Virus record (IMG/VR): IMGVR_UViG_2547132272_000023
From: a virus
Lineage: Duplodnaviria > Heunggongvirae > Uroviricota > Caudoviricetes
Reading direction: 5' to 3' (one strand)
DNA length: 26,093 nt
Shown here: positions 8,818-17,272 of the stretch, one piece after another
How the letters are laid out: every line of letters begins with the position of its first letter
Position numbering within the stretch: the first letter of the stretch is position 1
Notes under the pieces: generated by a model
What the model saw: only the letters and a program-made list of their open reading frames with translations
Database searches by the model: none
Told to the model about the DNA's origin: nothing
Translations under genes and position numbers: made by a program

Positions 8818-9242
8818 ACCGGTTGCTGCTGGTTGTGCTGACGTTATTACTGGCGGCGCTGGGCTGGCAGACGTGGCGGCTGGCTGATGCCAGCCAGACC
8901 ATCAGCACGCAGGCAGACGAGCTGCAGAGCAAAAGCCAGGCACTGGCAAAGAGCAATAGCCAGCTTATCAGCCTGTCCATTCTGACTGAAACCAATAACC
9001 GGGAGCAGGCGCGGCTCTATGCCGAAGCAGAACAGACCAGCACGCTGCTGAGACAACGACAACACCGGATCGAGGAACTGAAACGTGAGAACGAGGATTT
9101 ACGCCGCTGGGCTGATACTCCTTTGCCTGCTGACATTATCCGGCTGCGGAAACGTCCGGCACTCACCGGAGGTATGGCTTACCGTCAGTGGTTGTCCGCG
9201 AGTGACGCCGTGTCGGCTGGATCAGGCAACGCCGCGCACTAA
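8814..9242 (+). CDS. lysB: Inner-membrane spanin, Rz-like (P2 LysB-like)
   Basis: 142 aa; N-terminal transmembrane helix then a Q/E/R-rich coiled-coil region; ATGA overlap with lysA. Confidence 0.7.
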   Translation: MNRLLLVVLTLLLAALGWQTWRLADASQTISTQADELQSKSQALAKSNSQLISLSILTETNNREQARLYAEAEQTSTLLRQRQHRIEELKRENEDLRRWADTPLPADIIRLRKRPALTGGMAYRQWLSASDAVSAGSGNAAH

Positions 9243-9375
9243 CGGTGATCTGAACGCATTGCTGGATGAAACGGAGGCCGCCTGGGCGGTCTGTGCAGAC
9301 AAAGTGGACATGATTATTGCATGTCAGGAGCGAAACAGTGAACAAACCACAATCCCTGCGCCACGCCCTCAATAA
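9085..9375 (+). CDS. lysC: Outer-membrane lipoprotein spanin, Rz1-like (P2 LysC-like), out of frame within the lysB 3' end
   Basis: Signal peptide with lipobox LTLSGC near the N-terminus; nested in a different frame across the lysB 3' end and running into R, the usual embedded spanin architecture. Confidence 0.6.
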   Translation: MRTRIYAAGLILLCLLTLSGCGNVRHSPEVWLTVSGCPRVTPCRLDQATPRTNGDLNALLDETEAAWAVCADKVDMIIACQERNSEQTTIPAPRPQ

Positions 9376-9769
9376 AGCAGTGCCTTATGTCCGTAATAAC
9401 CCGGACAAACTGCATCTGTTTGTGGATAACGGTTCGCTGGTTGCCACGGGGGCCAACTCCATGTCATGGGAGTACCGCTACACCCTGAACGTGGTGATTG
9501 AGGATTTCAGCGGCGACCAGAATCTGCTGATGGCCCCGGTTTTGCTGTGGCTGCGGGATAACCAGCCCGATGCCATCAATAACCCGGCGTTACGGGAAAA
9601 GCTATTCACCTTTGATGTGGATATTTTGCGCAACGATGTCTGTGATATCAGCCTTAACCTGCAACTGACGGAACGTGTGCTGGTCAGCACTGACGGCAGT
9701 GTGTCGAGCGTTGAAGCTGTAGCAGAACCCGATGAACCTGAAGAAATGTGGACGGTGAAACGTGGCTGA
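9338..9769 (+). CDS. R: Tail completion protein (P2 gpR-like)
   Basis: GTG start at 9338 with AGGAG 8 nt upstream; the track ORF from 9317 begins with TTG and has no ribosome-binding site. Confidence 0.7.
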   Translation: MNKPQSLRHALNKAVPYVRNNPDKLHLFVDNGSLVATGANSMSWEYRYTLNVVIEDFSGDQNLLMAPVLLWLRDNQPDAINNPALREKLFTFDVDILRNDVCDISLNLQLTERVLVSTDGSVSSVEAVAEPDEPEEMWTVKRG

Positions 9770-10208
9770 ACTGCAGAAGGTGGACGACTGGCTGAGTGCC
9801 TTGCTGGCGAATCTGGAACCAGCCACGAGAAGCCGCATGATGCGCCAGCTGGCGCAGGAACTGCGCCGGACACAGCAGCAGAATATCAGGATGCAGCGCA
9901 ATCCAGATGGCAGCAGTTATGAACCGCGCAGGGTAACAGCACGCAGCAAGAAGGGGCGCATCAAACGTCAGATGTTTGCAAAGCTGCGCACCACAAAATA
10001 CCTGAAAACTGCCGCCAGCGCCGACTCTGCCAGCGTGCAGTTTGAAGGTAAGGTGCAGCGCATTGCCCGTGTTCACCATTACGGCCTGCGAGATCGCGTC
10101 AGTCGTAAGGGACCGGAGGTGCGTTACGCAGAGCGTCGCCTTCTGGGTGTAAATGATGATGTTGAGGCAATGACCCGCGACATGATTCTGCAATGGCTGG
10201 CGGGGTGA
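9762..10208 (+). CDS. S: Tail completion protein (P2 gpS-like)
   Basis: 148 aa (P2 S about 150 aa); overlaps the R stop. Confidence 0.7.
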   Translation: MAELQKVDDWLSALLANLEPATRSRMMRQLAQELRRTQQQNIRMQRNPDGSSYEPRRVTARSKKGRIKRQMFAKLRTTKYLKTAASADSASVQFEGKVQRIARVHHYGLRDRVSRKGPEVRYAERRLLGVNDDVEAMTRDMILQWLAG

Positions 10209-10212
10209 TCTT

Positions 10213-10230
10213 TGTATCAGCACTGATACA
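10213..10230. promoter_or_regulatory. TGT-N12-ACA dyad upstream of V; putative Ogr-dependent late promoter PV
   Basis: TGTatcagcactgatACA in the 68-bp S-V intergenic region, about 47 bp upstream of the V start codon. Confidence 0.45.
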
Positions 10231-10276
10231 AGTTGCAGCACTGCCGCCTTTCTTCCCCTGATGGCAACCTTTCCCT

Positions 10277-10855
10277 ATGAACGCACAATTAACCGAAATC
10301 ATGCGCCTTATCACCAACCTGATCCGCACAGGGGTAGTCACCGAAGTGGACAGGGAAAACTGGCTTTGCCGGGTGAAAACGGGCGAGCTTGAAACCAACT
10401 GGATCAGCTGGCTGACGCTGCGTGCCGGGAATGCCCGTACATGGTGGCGACCATCGGAAGGTGAGCAGGTGGTGCTGCTGAGTCTGGGCGGCAATCTGGA
10501 AACCGCCTTTGCGCTGCCCGCTGTCTATTCGAATCAGTTCGCACCACCGTCGACGTCGGCGGACGCCTGCGTGACAGAACATCCTGACGGTGGCTGGTTT
10601 GAATACGAACCCGCCACCGGGCGCTGGTATGTCAGGGGCATCAAATCAATGGTCATTGAGGCTGCTGACAACATCACCATGAAAACCAGTGAGTTTGTAC
10701 TGGAGGCTGACCGCACGCGCATTAACAGCGAAGTGGTGATCAATGGTGGCGTTACCCAGGGCGGCGGAGCGATGAGTTCTAACGGGATCGTGGTTGATGC
10801 GCATCAGCATACTGGCGTCCTGAAAGGCGGCGATACAACCGGAGGCCCGGTATGA
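10277..10855 (+). CDS. V: Baseplate assembly/spike protein (P2 gpV-like)
   Basis: 192 aa, first gene after the putative PV promoter; position as P2 V. Confidence 0.75.
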   Translation: MNAQLTEIMRLITNLIRTGVVTEVDRENWLCRVKTGELETNWISWLTLRAGNARTWWRPSEGEQVVLLSLGGNLETAFALPAVYSNQFAPPSTSADACVTEHPDGGWFEYEPATGRWYVRGIKSMVIEAADNITMKTSEFVLEADRTRINSEVVINGGVTQGGGAMSSNGIVVDAHQHTGVLKGGDTTGGPV

Positions 10856-11211
10856 CGCTTTATAGCGGGATGAACAATACCAGCGGCAAAGTCATTACTG
10901 ATATTGATCATCTGCGCCAGTCGGTGCGGGACATTCTGCTGACACCGCAGGGTAGCCGTATTGCCCGCCGGGAATATGGTTCCCTGCTGTCGGCACTGAT
11001 AGATCAGCCACAAAATCCGGCATTACGCCTGCAGGTCATGTCGGCAGTGTATGTGGCGCTGAGTCGCTGGGAGCCACGGTTGACGCTGGATTCCATCACC
11101 ATCAACAGCAATTTTGACGGTTCAATGGTGGTGGAGCTGACCGGGCGGCGGAATAACGGTGTGCCTGTGTCCCTTTCCGTATCAACAGGAGCAGAGAATG
11201 GCAGTGATTGA
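10852..11211 (+). CDS. W: Baseplate wedge protein (P2 gpW-like)
   Basis: 119 aa (P2 W about 115 aa); ATGA overlap with V. Confidence 0.75.
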   Translation: MTLYSGMNNTSGKVITDIDHLRQSVRDILLTPQGSRIARREYGSLLSALIDQPQNPALRLQVMSAVYVALSRWEPRLTLDSITINSNFDGSMVVELTGRRNNGVPVSLSVSTGAENGSD

Positions 11212-12106
11212 CCTTTCGCAGTTGCCTGCACCGCAGATTGTGGATGTGCCGGACTTTGAGACGCTGCTTGCCGAACGCAAGGCAGAATTTGTGGCGCTTC
11301 ATCCGAAAGATGAGCAGGAAGCAGTGATCCGCACGCTGGAACTGGAATCTGAACCCGCCACTAAATTGTTGCAGGAGAACGCTTACCGTGAGTTGCTTCT
11401 GCGCCAGCGCATTAACGAAGCCGCGCAGGCGGTGATGGTGGCTTACGCGATGGGTGGCGATCTTGACCAGCTCGCTGCCAACTACAACGTGACACGCCTG
11501 ACGGTGACGCCTGCTGATAATGATGCTGTGCCGCCCGTTGCAGCTGTGATGGAAAGCGATGAAGCGTTGCGCCTGCGTGTGCCTGCAGCCTTTGAAGGGC
11601 TTTCTGTTGCGGGGCCAACTGCAGCTTATGAATTTCATGCCCGAAGCGCCGACGGTCGGGTGGCGGATGCCAGTGCAACCAGCCCGGCACCTGCAGAGGT
11701 GGTACTGACTGTCCTTAGCCGCGAAGGCGATGGAACTGCAGAAAAAGACCTGCTGGACGTGGTGGAAAAAGCTCTGAACAGTGAGAACGTCCGCCCGGTG
11801 GCTGACCGTCTTACGGTTCGCAGCGCAGAAATCATCCCGTATCGCGTGGAAGCCACCATTTTTCTCTATCCGGGACCGGAAGCAGAGCCGGTAATGGCAG
11901 CGGCAAAAGCCAGTCTGCAGAAGTACATTGCCAGCCAGACGAGGCTTGGTCGGGATATTCGCCGTAGCGCCATCTTTGCTGCTCTGCATGTTGAGGGTGT
12001 TCAACGTGTGGAACTGGCTTCTCCGCTGGCGGATGTGGTCCTGAACAAAACACAGGCGGCATCATGTACGCAGTGGAGCGTAACCAACGGAGGAACGGAT
12101 GAATAG
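11198..12106 (+). CDS. J: Baseplate assembly protein (P2 gpJ-like)
   Basis: ATG 11198 preceded by AGGAG (11184-11188) gives 302 aa, the P2 J length as recalled; the longer track ORF from 11159 lacks a ribosome-binding site. Confidence 0.8.
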   Translation: MAVIDLSQLPAPQIVDVPDFETLLAERKAEFVALHPKDEQEAVIRTLELESEPATKLLQENAYRELLLRQRINEAAQAVMVAYAMGGDLDQLAANYNVTRLTVTPADNDAVPPVAAVMESDEALRLRVPAAFEGLSVAGPTAAYEFHARSADGRVADASATSPAPAEVVLTVLSREGDGTAEKDLLDVVEKALNSENVRPVADRLTVRSAEIIPYRVEATIFLYPGPEAEPVMAAAKASLQKYIASQTRLGRDIRRSAIFAALHVEGVQRVELASPLADVVLNKTQAASCTQWSVTNGGTDE

Positions 12107-12704
12107 TCTGCTGCCACCGGGTTCAACTTCACTGGAGCGCCGACTGGCGCAAACCTGTAGCGGGATTTCTGATTTGCAGGTGCCGCTGCGTGACTTGTGG
12201 AATCCGGCTACCTGTCCGGTCAGCTTCCTGCCTTATCTCGCCTGGGCGTTCTCTGTGGATCGCTGGGACGAGGGCTGGACAGAAAGCGTCAAACGCCAGG
12301 TAGTGAAGGATGCTTTTTATATTCATCAGCATAAAGGAACCACCAGTGCCGTGCGGCGGGTGGTGGAACCGTTCGGATTCCTGATCCGCATTATTGAGTG
12401 GTGGCAGACCGGAGAAACACCGGGCACGTTTCGCCTGGACATTGGCGTGCAGGATCAGGGCATCACTGAAGATACCTATCTGGAACTTGAGCGGCTGATA
12501 AGCGATGCCAAACCATGTAGCCGTCACATGATCGGCATGTCCATCAATCTGCAGACCAGCGGTCCGCATTGGGTTGGGGCCGCCAGCTATCTTGGCGAAG
12601 AAATCACGATCTATCCGTATATCAACGAAACAATTATTTCCGGCGGCACCGCGCATGAAGGCGGGGCGGTCCATGTTATTGACACAATGAGAGTGAATCC
12701 ATGA
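12099..12704 (+). CDS. I: Baseplate/tail-fibre attachment protein (P2 gpI-like)
   Basis: 201 aa, overlaps the J stop; position as P2 I. Confidence 0.75.
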   Translation: MNSLLPPGSTSLERRLAQTCSGISDLQVPLRDLWNPATCPVSFLPYLAWAFSVDRWDEGWTESVKRQVVKDAFYIHQHKGTTSAVRRVVEPFGFLIRIIEWWQTGETPGTFRLDIGVQDQGITEDTYLELERLISDAKPCSRHMIGMSINLQTSGPHWVGAASYLGEEITIYPYINETIISGGTAHEGGAVHVIDTMRVNP

Positions 12705-14128
12705 GCACAAAATTTTATACCCTGCTGACGGATATTGGCGCGGCGAAACTTGCCAGCGCCGCCGCGCTCGGTGTGCCGCTAAAAATTACCCATATGGCGG
12801 TGGGCGATGGCGGCGGAGCATTGCCGACGCCGGACGCAAAGCAGACTGCACTGGTAAATGAGAAACGCCGGGCTGCGCTGAATATGCTCTATATCGACCC
12901 GCAGAACAGCAGCCAGATTATTGCTGAACAGGTGATCCCTGAAAACGAGGGCGGTTGGTGGATACGTGAAGTGGGCCTGTTTGATGAGTCAGGGGCATTG
13001 ATTGCCGTGGGCAACTGCCCGGAAAGCTATAAACCGCAACTGGCTGAAGGCAGCGGGCGTACCCAGACCGTACGGATGGTGCTGATTACCAGCAGTACCG
13101 ATAATATCACACTGAAAATTGACCCTTCAGTGGTGCTGGCAACCCGCAAGTATGTGGATGACAAGGTGCTTGAGCTTAAGGTGTATGTGGATGACCTGAT
13201 GGCAAAGCATCTTGCTGCTGCAGATCCTCATACGCAGTATGCGCCCAAAGACAGCCCAACATTGACTGGCACGCCGAAAACGCCAACAGCACCGGCGGGA
13301 ACTAACACGACTCAGATTGCTAGCACGGCATTTGTGCAGGCGGTGGTCACTGCGCTAAATAACGCACTGGCGTTGAAAGCTCCACTGGCAAGTCCGGCCC
13401 TGACCGGAACGCCGACGGCTCCGACTGCAGCGCAGACGGCGAACAATACGCAGATTGCCACCACGGCATTTGTGAAAGCGGCAGTTGCCGAGATGGTCGG
13501 TTCATCGCCGGAGGCGCTGGATACGTTAAATGAATTGGCTGCTGCGCTGGGGAATGATCCTAACTTTGCGACAACAGTAATGAGTGCGCTGGCGGGAAAA
13601 ATGAACAAAGCAGCTAATGGCGCTGATATTGCCGATGTTTCTGCTTTTCTAAAAAACCTTCATCTTGGGGAGGGCAGTGCGTTGCCAGTCGGTGTTCCTG
13701 TTCCGTGGCCTACTGCAATACCGCCGGAAGGTTGGTTGAAGTGTAATGGAGCATCATTCAGTTCCTCGCAATATCCGAAACTGGCGCAGGTTTATCCGTC
13801 ATTAAAATTACCAGATCTACGCAGTGAGTTTATTCGCGGCTGGGACGATGGGCGTGGCGTAGACGCTGGACGTCAGGTTCTAACGTCTCAGACTGATGCT
13901 ATGCAGCCGATTATCGGCTCCATTGGCTATGGTACAAACGGTATGTTTACTTATGCTGATGGAGCTTTTACGGGTATAGATCGTGAAAGCGGAGACGGTA
14001 TTGTTACACAGGCAACAAGCATCTCACAATATAAACAGGCTCACTTAGATTCAAGTACGATAACACGAACAGCGGCAGAAACACGTCCACGGAATATTTC
14101 ATTTAATTACATTGTGAGAGCAGCATAA
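12701..14128 (+). CDS. H: Tail fibre protein (P2 gpH-like N-terminal part, exchanged C-terminal collar-type domain)
   Basis: N-terminal region including NELAAALGNDPNFATT resembles the conserved part of P2 H; C-terminal part carries a tail-collar-like segment (PVPWPTAIPPEGWLKCNG...LPDLRSEFIRGWDDGRGVDAGR) encoded by lower-GC DNA. Confidence 0.8.
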   Translation: MSTKFYTLLTDIGAAKLASAAALGVPLKITHMAVGDGGGALPTPDAKQTALVNEKRRAALNMLYIDPQNSSQIIAEQVIPENEGGWWIREVGLFDESGALIAVGNCPESYKPQLAEGSGRTQTVRMVLITSSTDNITLKIDPSVVLATRKYVDDKVLELKVYVDDLMAKHLAAADPHTQYAPKDSPTLTGTPKTPTAPAGTNTTQIASTAFVQAVVTALNNALALKAPLASPALTGTPTAPTAAQTANNTQIATTAFVKAAVAEMVGSSPEALDTLNELAAALGNDPNFATTVMSALAGKMNKAANGADIADVSAFLKNLHLGEGSALPVGVPVPWPTAIPPEGWLKCNGASFSSSQYPKLAQVYPSLKLPDLRSEFIRGWDDGRGVDAGRQVLTSQTDAMQPIIGSIGYGTNGMFTYADGAFTGIDRESGDGIVTQATSISQYKQAHLDSSTITRTAAETRPRNISFNYIVRAA

Positions 14129-14724
14129 TGACAGAAGCGAAACTAAATAATGAGTTTATAGCTGTGGAATCTGGCAATATAACGGTGTTTAACTTTGATA
14201 TTGAAACTCGTGAATATCTTTCTTCTAGTGTTGAATTTCTTGCTGTAGGGGTTGGGATTCCTGCTAATTCATGCATTGATATGCCGGGTAAAAGTAAAAA
14301 AGGGTTAACCATTTGCCGGACTAAGGATCTTACCGCGTGGGAATATATTGCTGATCATCGAGGTGAGACTGTTTACAGCACCGAAACTGGCAAAAAAATA
14401 GCTGTAACAGTGCTCGGCGATTACCCAGAAAAAACTACGAAACTACCTCCTGCTACACCATACGATAAGTGGAACGGTAGTGCATGGGTGACAGATACCG
14501 AGATGCAGCACGAGGTTGACGTGGAAACTGCTGATCAGAAGAAAGCGGAGCTTCTGGCAAAGGCTCAGCTAACAATCAATCTATGGCAGACAGAACTACA
14601 ATTAGGAATTATCAGTGATGAAGATAAAGTCAGACTAATCACCTGGATGAATTACATCAAAGCGGTGCAGTTGGTAGACACGTCAACTGCGCCAGATATA
14701 ACGTGGCCGAGGAAGCCCGAGTGA
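14128..14724 (+). CDS. G: Tail fibre assembly chaperone (P2 gpG position)
   Basis: 198 aa, start overlaps the H stop (TAATG); lower GC than the backbone, consistent with co-exchange with the H C-terminus. Confidence 0.7.
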   Translation: MTEAKLNNEFIAVESGNITVFNFDIETREYLSSSVEFLAVGVGIPANSCIDMPGKSKKGLTICRTKDLTAWEYIADHRGETVYSTETGKKIAVTVLGDYPEKTTKLPPATPYDKWNGSAWVTDTEMQHEVDVETADQKKAELLAKAQLTINLWQTELQLGIISDEDKVRLITWMNYIKAVQLVDTSTAPDITWPRKPE

Positions 14725-14809
14725 CTGAGAATTAAATGGTTAGTATCATCCTCCCCCACACTGCCTATATGGTATGAATACGAGGGGGAGGCTGTTTGTT
14801 GTCTGTTTC

Positions 14810-14818
14810 TGTGATAAT
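14810..14818 (+). promoter_or_regulatory. Putative extended -10 element (TGtGATAAT) for the acyltransferase cargo gene
   Basis: TG motif one base upstream of a GATAAT hexamer, about 35 bp upstream of ATG 14852; no good -35 hexamer. Confidence 0.3.
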
Positions 14819-14851
14819 ATTAGATTCCCGTTTTTTAATAAAAAAATCAAT

Positions 14852-15862
14852 ATGAAAGAGAATAAAATACGTTCTGCCGATGGCGTGAGAGGTTTCGCTT
14901 TGATGATTGTTGTGGTGATGCATTCTACGGGACTATTCTTTCCCTCACTTCATGATCATCTCGGAGGTACGGGGCAGCCCGGTGTTTGGTTGTTTTTTGT
15001 TCTTAGCGCCTTTTTGTTGACACATAAATTTATTAATTCTGGTTTTTCGTTTTTGAATGTGTTGAGTTATCTTTTAGGGCGAACAATAAGGATATTACCG
15101 ATTTTTTATATTGCAGTATTAATTTATTACCTTATGGGATTTTATGATTTAGAGAAAATGAAATCGATAATTTCATTTGATAGTACTTACATCCATCTCT
15201 GGACTATTCCGATAGAATTCAAGTTTTACTTTTTGTTGCCGATTGTGGTTTATCTCGCATCTAGTATCCAGAAAGTTGCAGGTAGAAAATATTCTTTGTT
15301 GTTTTTGATATTGTTAACCTTAGCGTTCGCTTTTATATACCCTTATACGGATGACGAAATCAACGGTAGGCTACCGTATTACATTCCTGTTTTTATGTAT
15401 GGAATTATAATTGCGTTTATGTATAACTATTTTCAAATTAAAATATCATCTCTCGTTAGTGATGGGGTGTCAATTGCGATTATATTAATATTTATAATGT
15501 TGACCCCTCCTTTTCAGGGGGCTAATGGTTGGCTGGGTAATAAATTTGTGGTATTGGGGCCATTTATTGCTCTCTTTGTATATCTGCAAGTAAATTCCAG
15601 TGGGTATGTAAGCGCGGTTTTATCTTCAAAAATCATGGCGGATTTGGGGAAATATAGTTTTTCAATTTATTTGTTTCATATAATGATAATTTTTATTGTT
15701 TATCCTAAATTTTTGGATAATGTTACTGCATACTTAGTTACTATAGCTTTATGTATTGGCGGTGGGGCTATTGCCTATCATTGCATTGAATCTCCCTTGG
15801 AATCGTTCAGACATAAGCTTATGAAAAGAATAACGCAGGCTTATCAGAATCAAAATATTTAA
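14852..15862 (+). CDS. Acyltransferase-3 family integral membrane protein; putative O-antigen/surface-polysaccharide acetyltransferase (lysogenic conversion cargo at the Z/fun position)
   Basis: N-terminus KIRSADGVRGFALMIVVVMH fits the conserved R...G.RG.A......H start of acyltransferase-3 proteins; about ten hydrophobic helices; strongly AT-rich; located between G and FI. Start placed at ATG 14852 rather than the track start 14774. Confidence 0.7.
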   Translation: MKENKIRSADGVRGFALMIVVVMHSTGLFFPSLHDHLGGTGQPGVWLFFVLSAFLLTHKFINSGFSFLNVLSYLLGRTIRILPIFYIAVLIYYLMGFYDLEKMKSIISFDSTYIHLWTIPIEFKFYFLLPIVVYLASSIQKVAGRKYSLLFLILLTLAFAFIYPYTDDEINGRLPYYIPVFMYGIIIAFMYNYFQIKISSLVSDGVSIAIILIFIMLTPPFQGANGWLGNKFVVLGPFIALFVYLQVNSSGYVSAVLSSKIMADLGKYSFSIYLFHIMIIFIVYPKFLDNVTAYLVTIALCIGGGAIAYHCIESPLESFRHKLMKRITQAYQNQNI

Positions 15863-15872
15863 GTAAAAGCAA

Positions 15873-15908
15873 AAAAGGCTCTCGTCAACCGACGAAGCCT
15901 TTTAAAAC
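15873..15908 (+). terminator. Rho-independent terminator downstream of the acyltransferase gene
   Basis: AAGGCTCTCGTC-aacc-GACGAAGCCTT hairpin followed by a TTTTAAAA run, 11 bp after the stop codon. Confidence 0.45.
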
Positions 15909-15996
15909 GAGTATTAATTCCCGTCCTGTAAAGTGCCCCCTATCCCAGAACAACGTTTTTAGTTATCAACGCCGTTCCGAAAATTTCCTGCGACGT

Positions 15997-16014
15997 TGTG
16001 TGATTAACCGTACA
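15997..16014. promoter_or_regulatory. TGT-N12-ACA dyad upstream of FI; putative Ogr-dependent late promoter PF
   Basis: gtTGTgtgattaaccgtACAac (extended GTTGT/ACAAC dyad) about 77 bp upstream of the FI start; AGGAGG ribosome-binding site at 16075-16080. Confidence 0.45.
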
Positions 16015-16090
16015 ACGCACATCAGCTGTCTGCATGGCGTAATCAATACAACATAGGGCGAAGCCTAATCCAATCAGGAGGTTCGCCACT

Positions 16091-17263
16091 ATGGCTCAGG
16101 ATTACCACCACGGGGTGCGCGTTGTTGAAGTCAACGAAGGCACCCGATCCATTACCACGGTGAGCACCGCCATCGTGGGTATGGTCTGCACGGGCGATGA
16201 TGCCGATGCAAAAATGTTTCCTCTTAATAAACCTGTACTGATCACTGACGTGCTGACTGCCAGCGGTAAAGCGGGTGAGTCCGGCACGCTGGCCCGTTCG
16301 CTGGATGCCATCGCTGACCAGGCAAAACCCGTGACCGTTGTTGTGCGTGTGCCGCAGGGTGAAACGGAAGAAGAAACCACGACCAATATCATCGGCGCAG
16401 TGACTGCTGAAGGTAAAAAAACAGGCATGAAAGCCCTGTTATCTGCCCAGACACAGCTCGGCGTTAAACCGCGCATTCTCGGCGTGCCAGGTCACGATAA
16501 CAAAGCCGTTGCTACTGAGTTGCTGAGTGTGGCGCAAAGCCTGCGTGGGTTTGCCTACCTGTCAGCGTATGGCTGCAAGACGGTACAGGAGGCGATCACT
16601 TACCGTGAAAATTTCAGCCAGCGCGAAGGAATGCTGATCTGGCCTGACTTTACTGGCTGGGACACGGTGCTGAATGCCGAAGCAACGGCATATGCCACCG
16701 CCCGTGCGCTTGGTCTGCGTGCCAAAATTGATGAGCAGACCGGGTGGCACAAAAGCCTGTCCAACGTGGGCGTGAACGGTGTCACCGGAATTTCTGCAGA
16801 TGTGTTCTGGGATCTGCAGGACCCGGCAACCGATGCAGGTCTGCTGAACCAGAACGACGTCACCACACTTGTGCGTAAAGACGGTTTCCGCTTCTGGGGT
16901 TCCCGCTGCCTGAGTGATGACCCGCTCTTTGCCTTCGAAAACTACACCCGCACGGCGCAGGTGCTGATGGACACGATGGCAGAAGCACACATGTGGGCGG
17001 TGGATAAACCGCTTAACCCGTCGCTGGCCCGCGACATTATCGAAGGTATCCGCGCCAAAATGCGCAGCCTGGTCAGTCAAGGCTATCTCATTGGTGGTGA
17101 TTGCTGGCTGGATGAGTCGGTGAACGACAAAGACACGCTGAAAGCCGGAAAACTCACCATCGACTATGACTACACGCCAGTGCCGCCACTTGAAAATCTG
17201 ATGCTGCGCCAGCGCATCACCGATCAGTACCTGGTGAATTTTGCCAGCCAGGTCAGCGCGTAA
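16091..17263 (+). CDS. FI: Contractile tail sheath protein (P2 gpFI-like)
   Basis: 390 aa (P2 FI about 396 aa); N-terminus [32 protein letters not shown] closely resembles the P2 FI N-terminus as recalled. Confidence 0.9.
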   Translation: MAQDYHHGVRVVEVNEGTRSITTVSTAIVGMVCTGDDADAKMFPLNKPVLITDVLTASGKAGESGTLARSLDAIADQAKPVTVVVRVPQGETEEETTTNIIGAVTAEGKKTGMKALLSAQTQLGVKPRILGVPGHDNKAVATELLSVAQSLRGFAYLSAYGCKTVQEAITYRENFSQREGMLIWPDFTGWDTVLNAEATAYATARALGLRAKIDEQTGWHKSLSNVGVNGVTGISADVFWDLQDPATDAGLLNQNDVTTLVRKDGFRFWGSRCLSDDPLFAFENYTRTAQVLMDTMAEAHMWAVDKPLNPSLARDIIEGIRAKMRSLVSQGYLIGGDCWLDESVNDKDTLKAGKLTIDYDYTPVPPLENLMLRQRITDQYLVNFASQVSA

Positions 17264-17272
17264 GGGGACAAC

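Noticed and set aside
11102-12004. 300-aa minus-strand ORF spanning W/J
   Set aside because: Antisense to baseplate genes W and J, Cys/Arg/His-rich low-complexity translation typical of spurious GC-rich reverse frames.
14774-14851. Upstream ATG (14774) proposed by the track as the acyltransferase start
   Set aside because: It lies inside the GC-rich stem-loop and upstream of the putative promoter; the conserved acyltransferase-3 N-terminal motif begins right after ATG 14852, so the extra 26 residues are unlikely to be translated.
16562-17080. 172-aa minus-strand ORF inside tail sheath gene FI, and similar ORFs inside FII
   Set aside because: Antisense overlap with highly conserved structural genes; no independent support.
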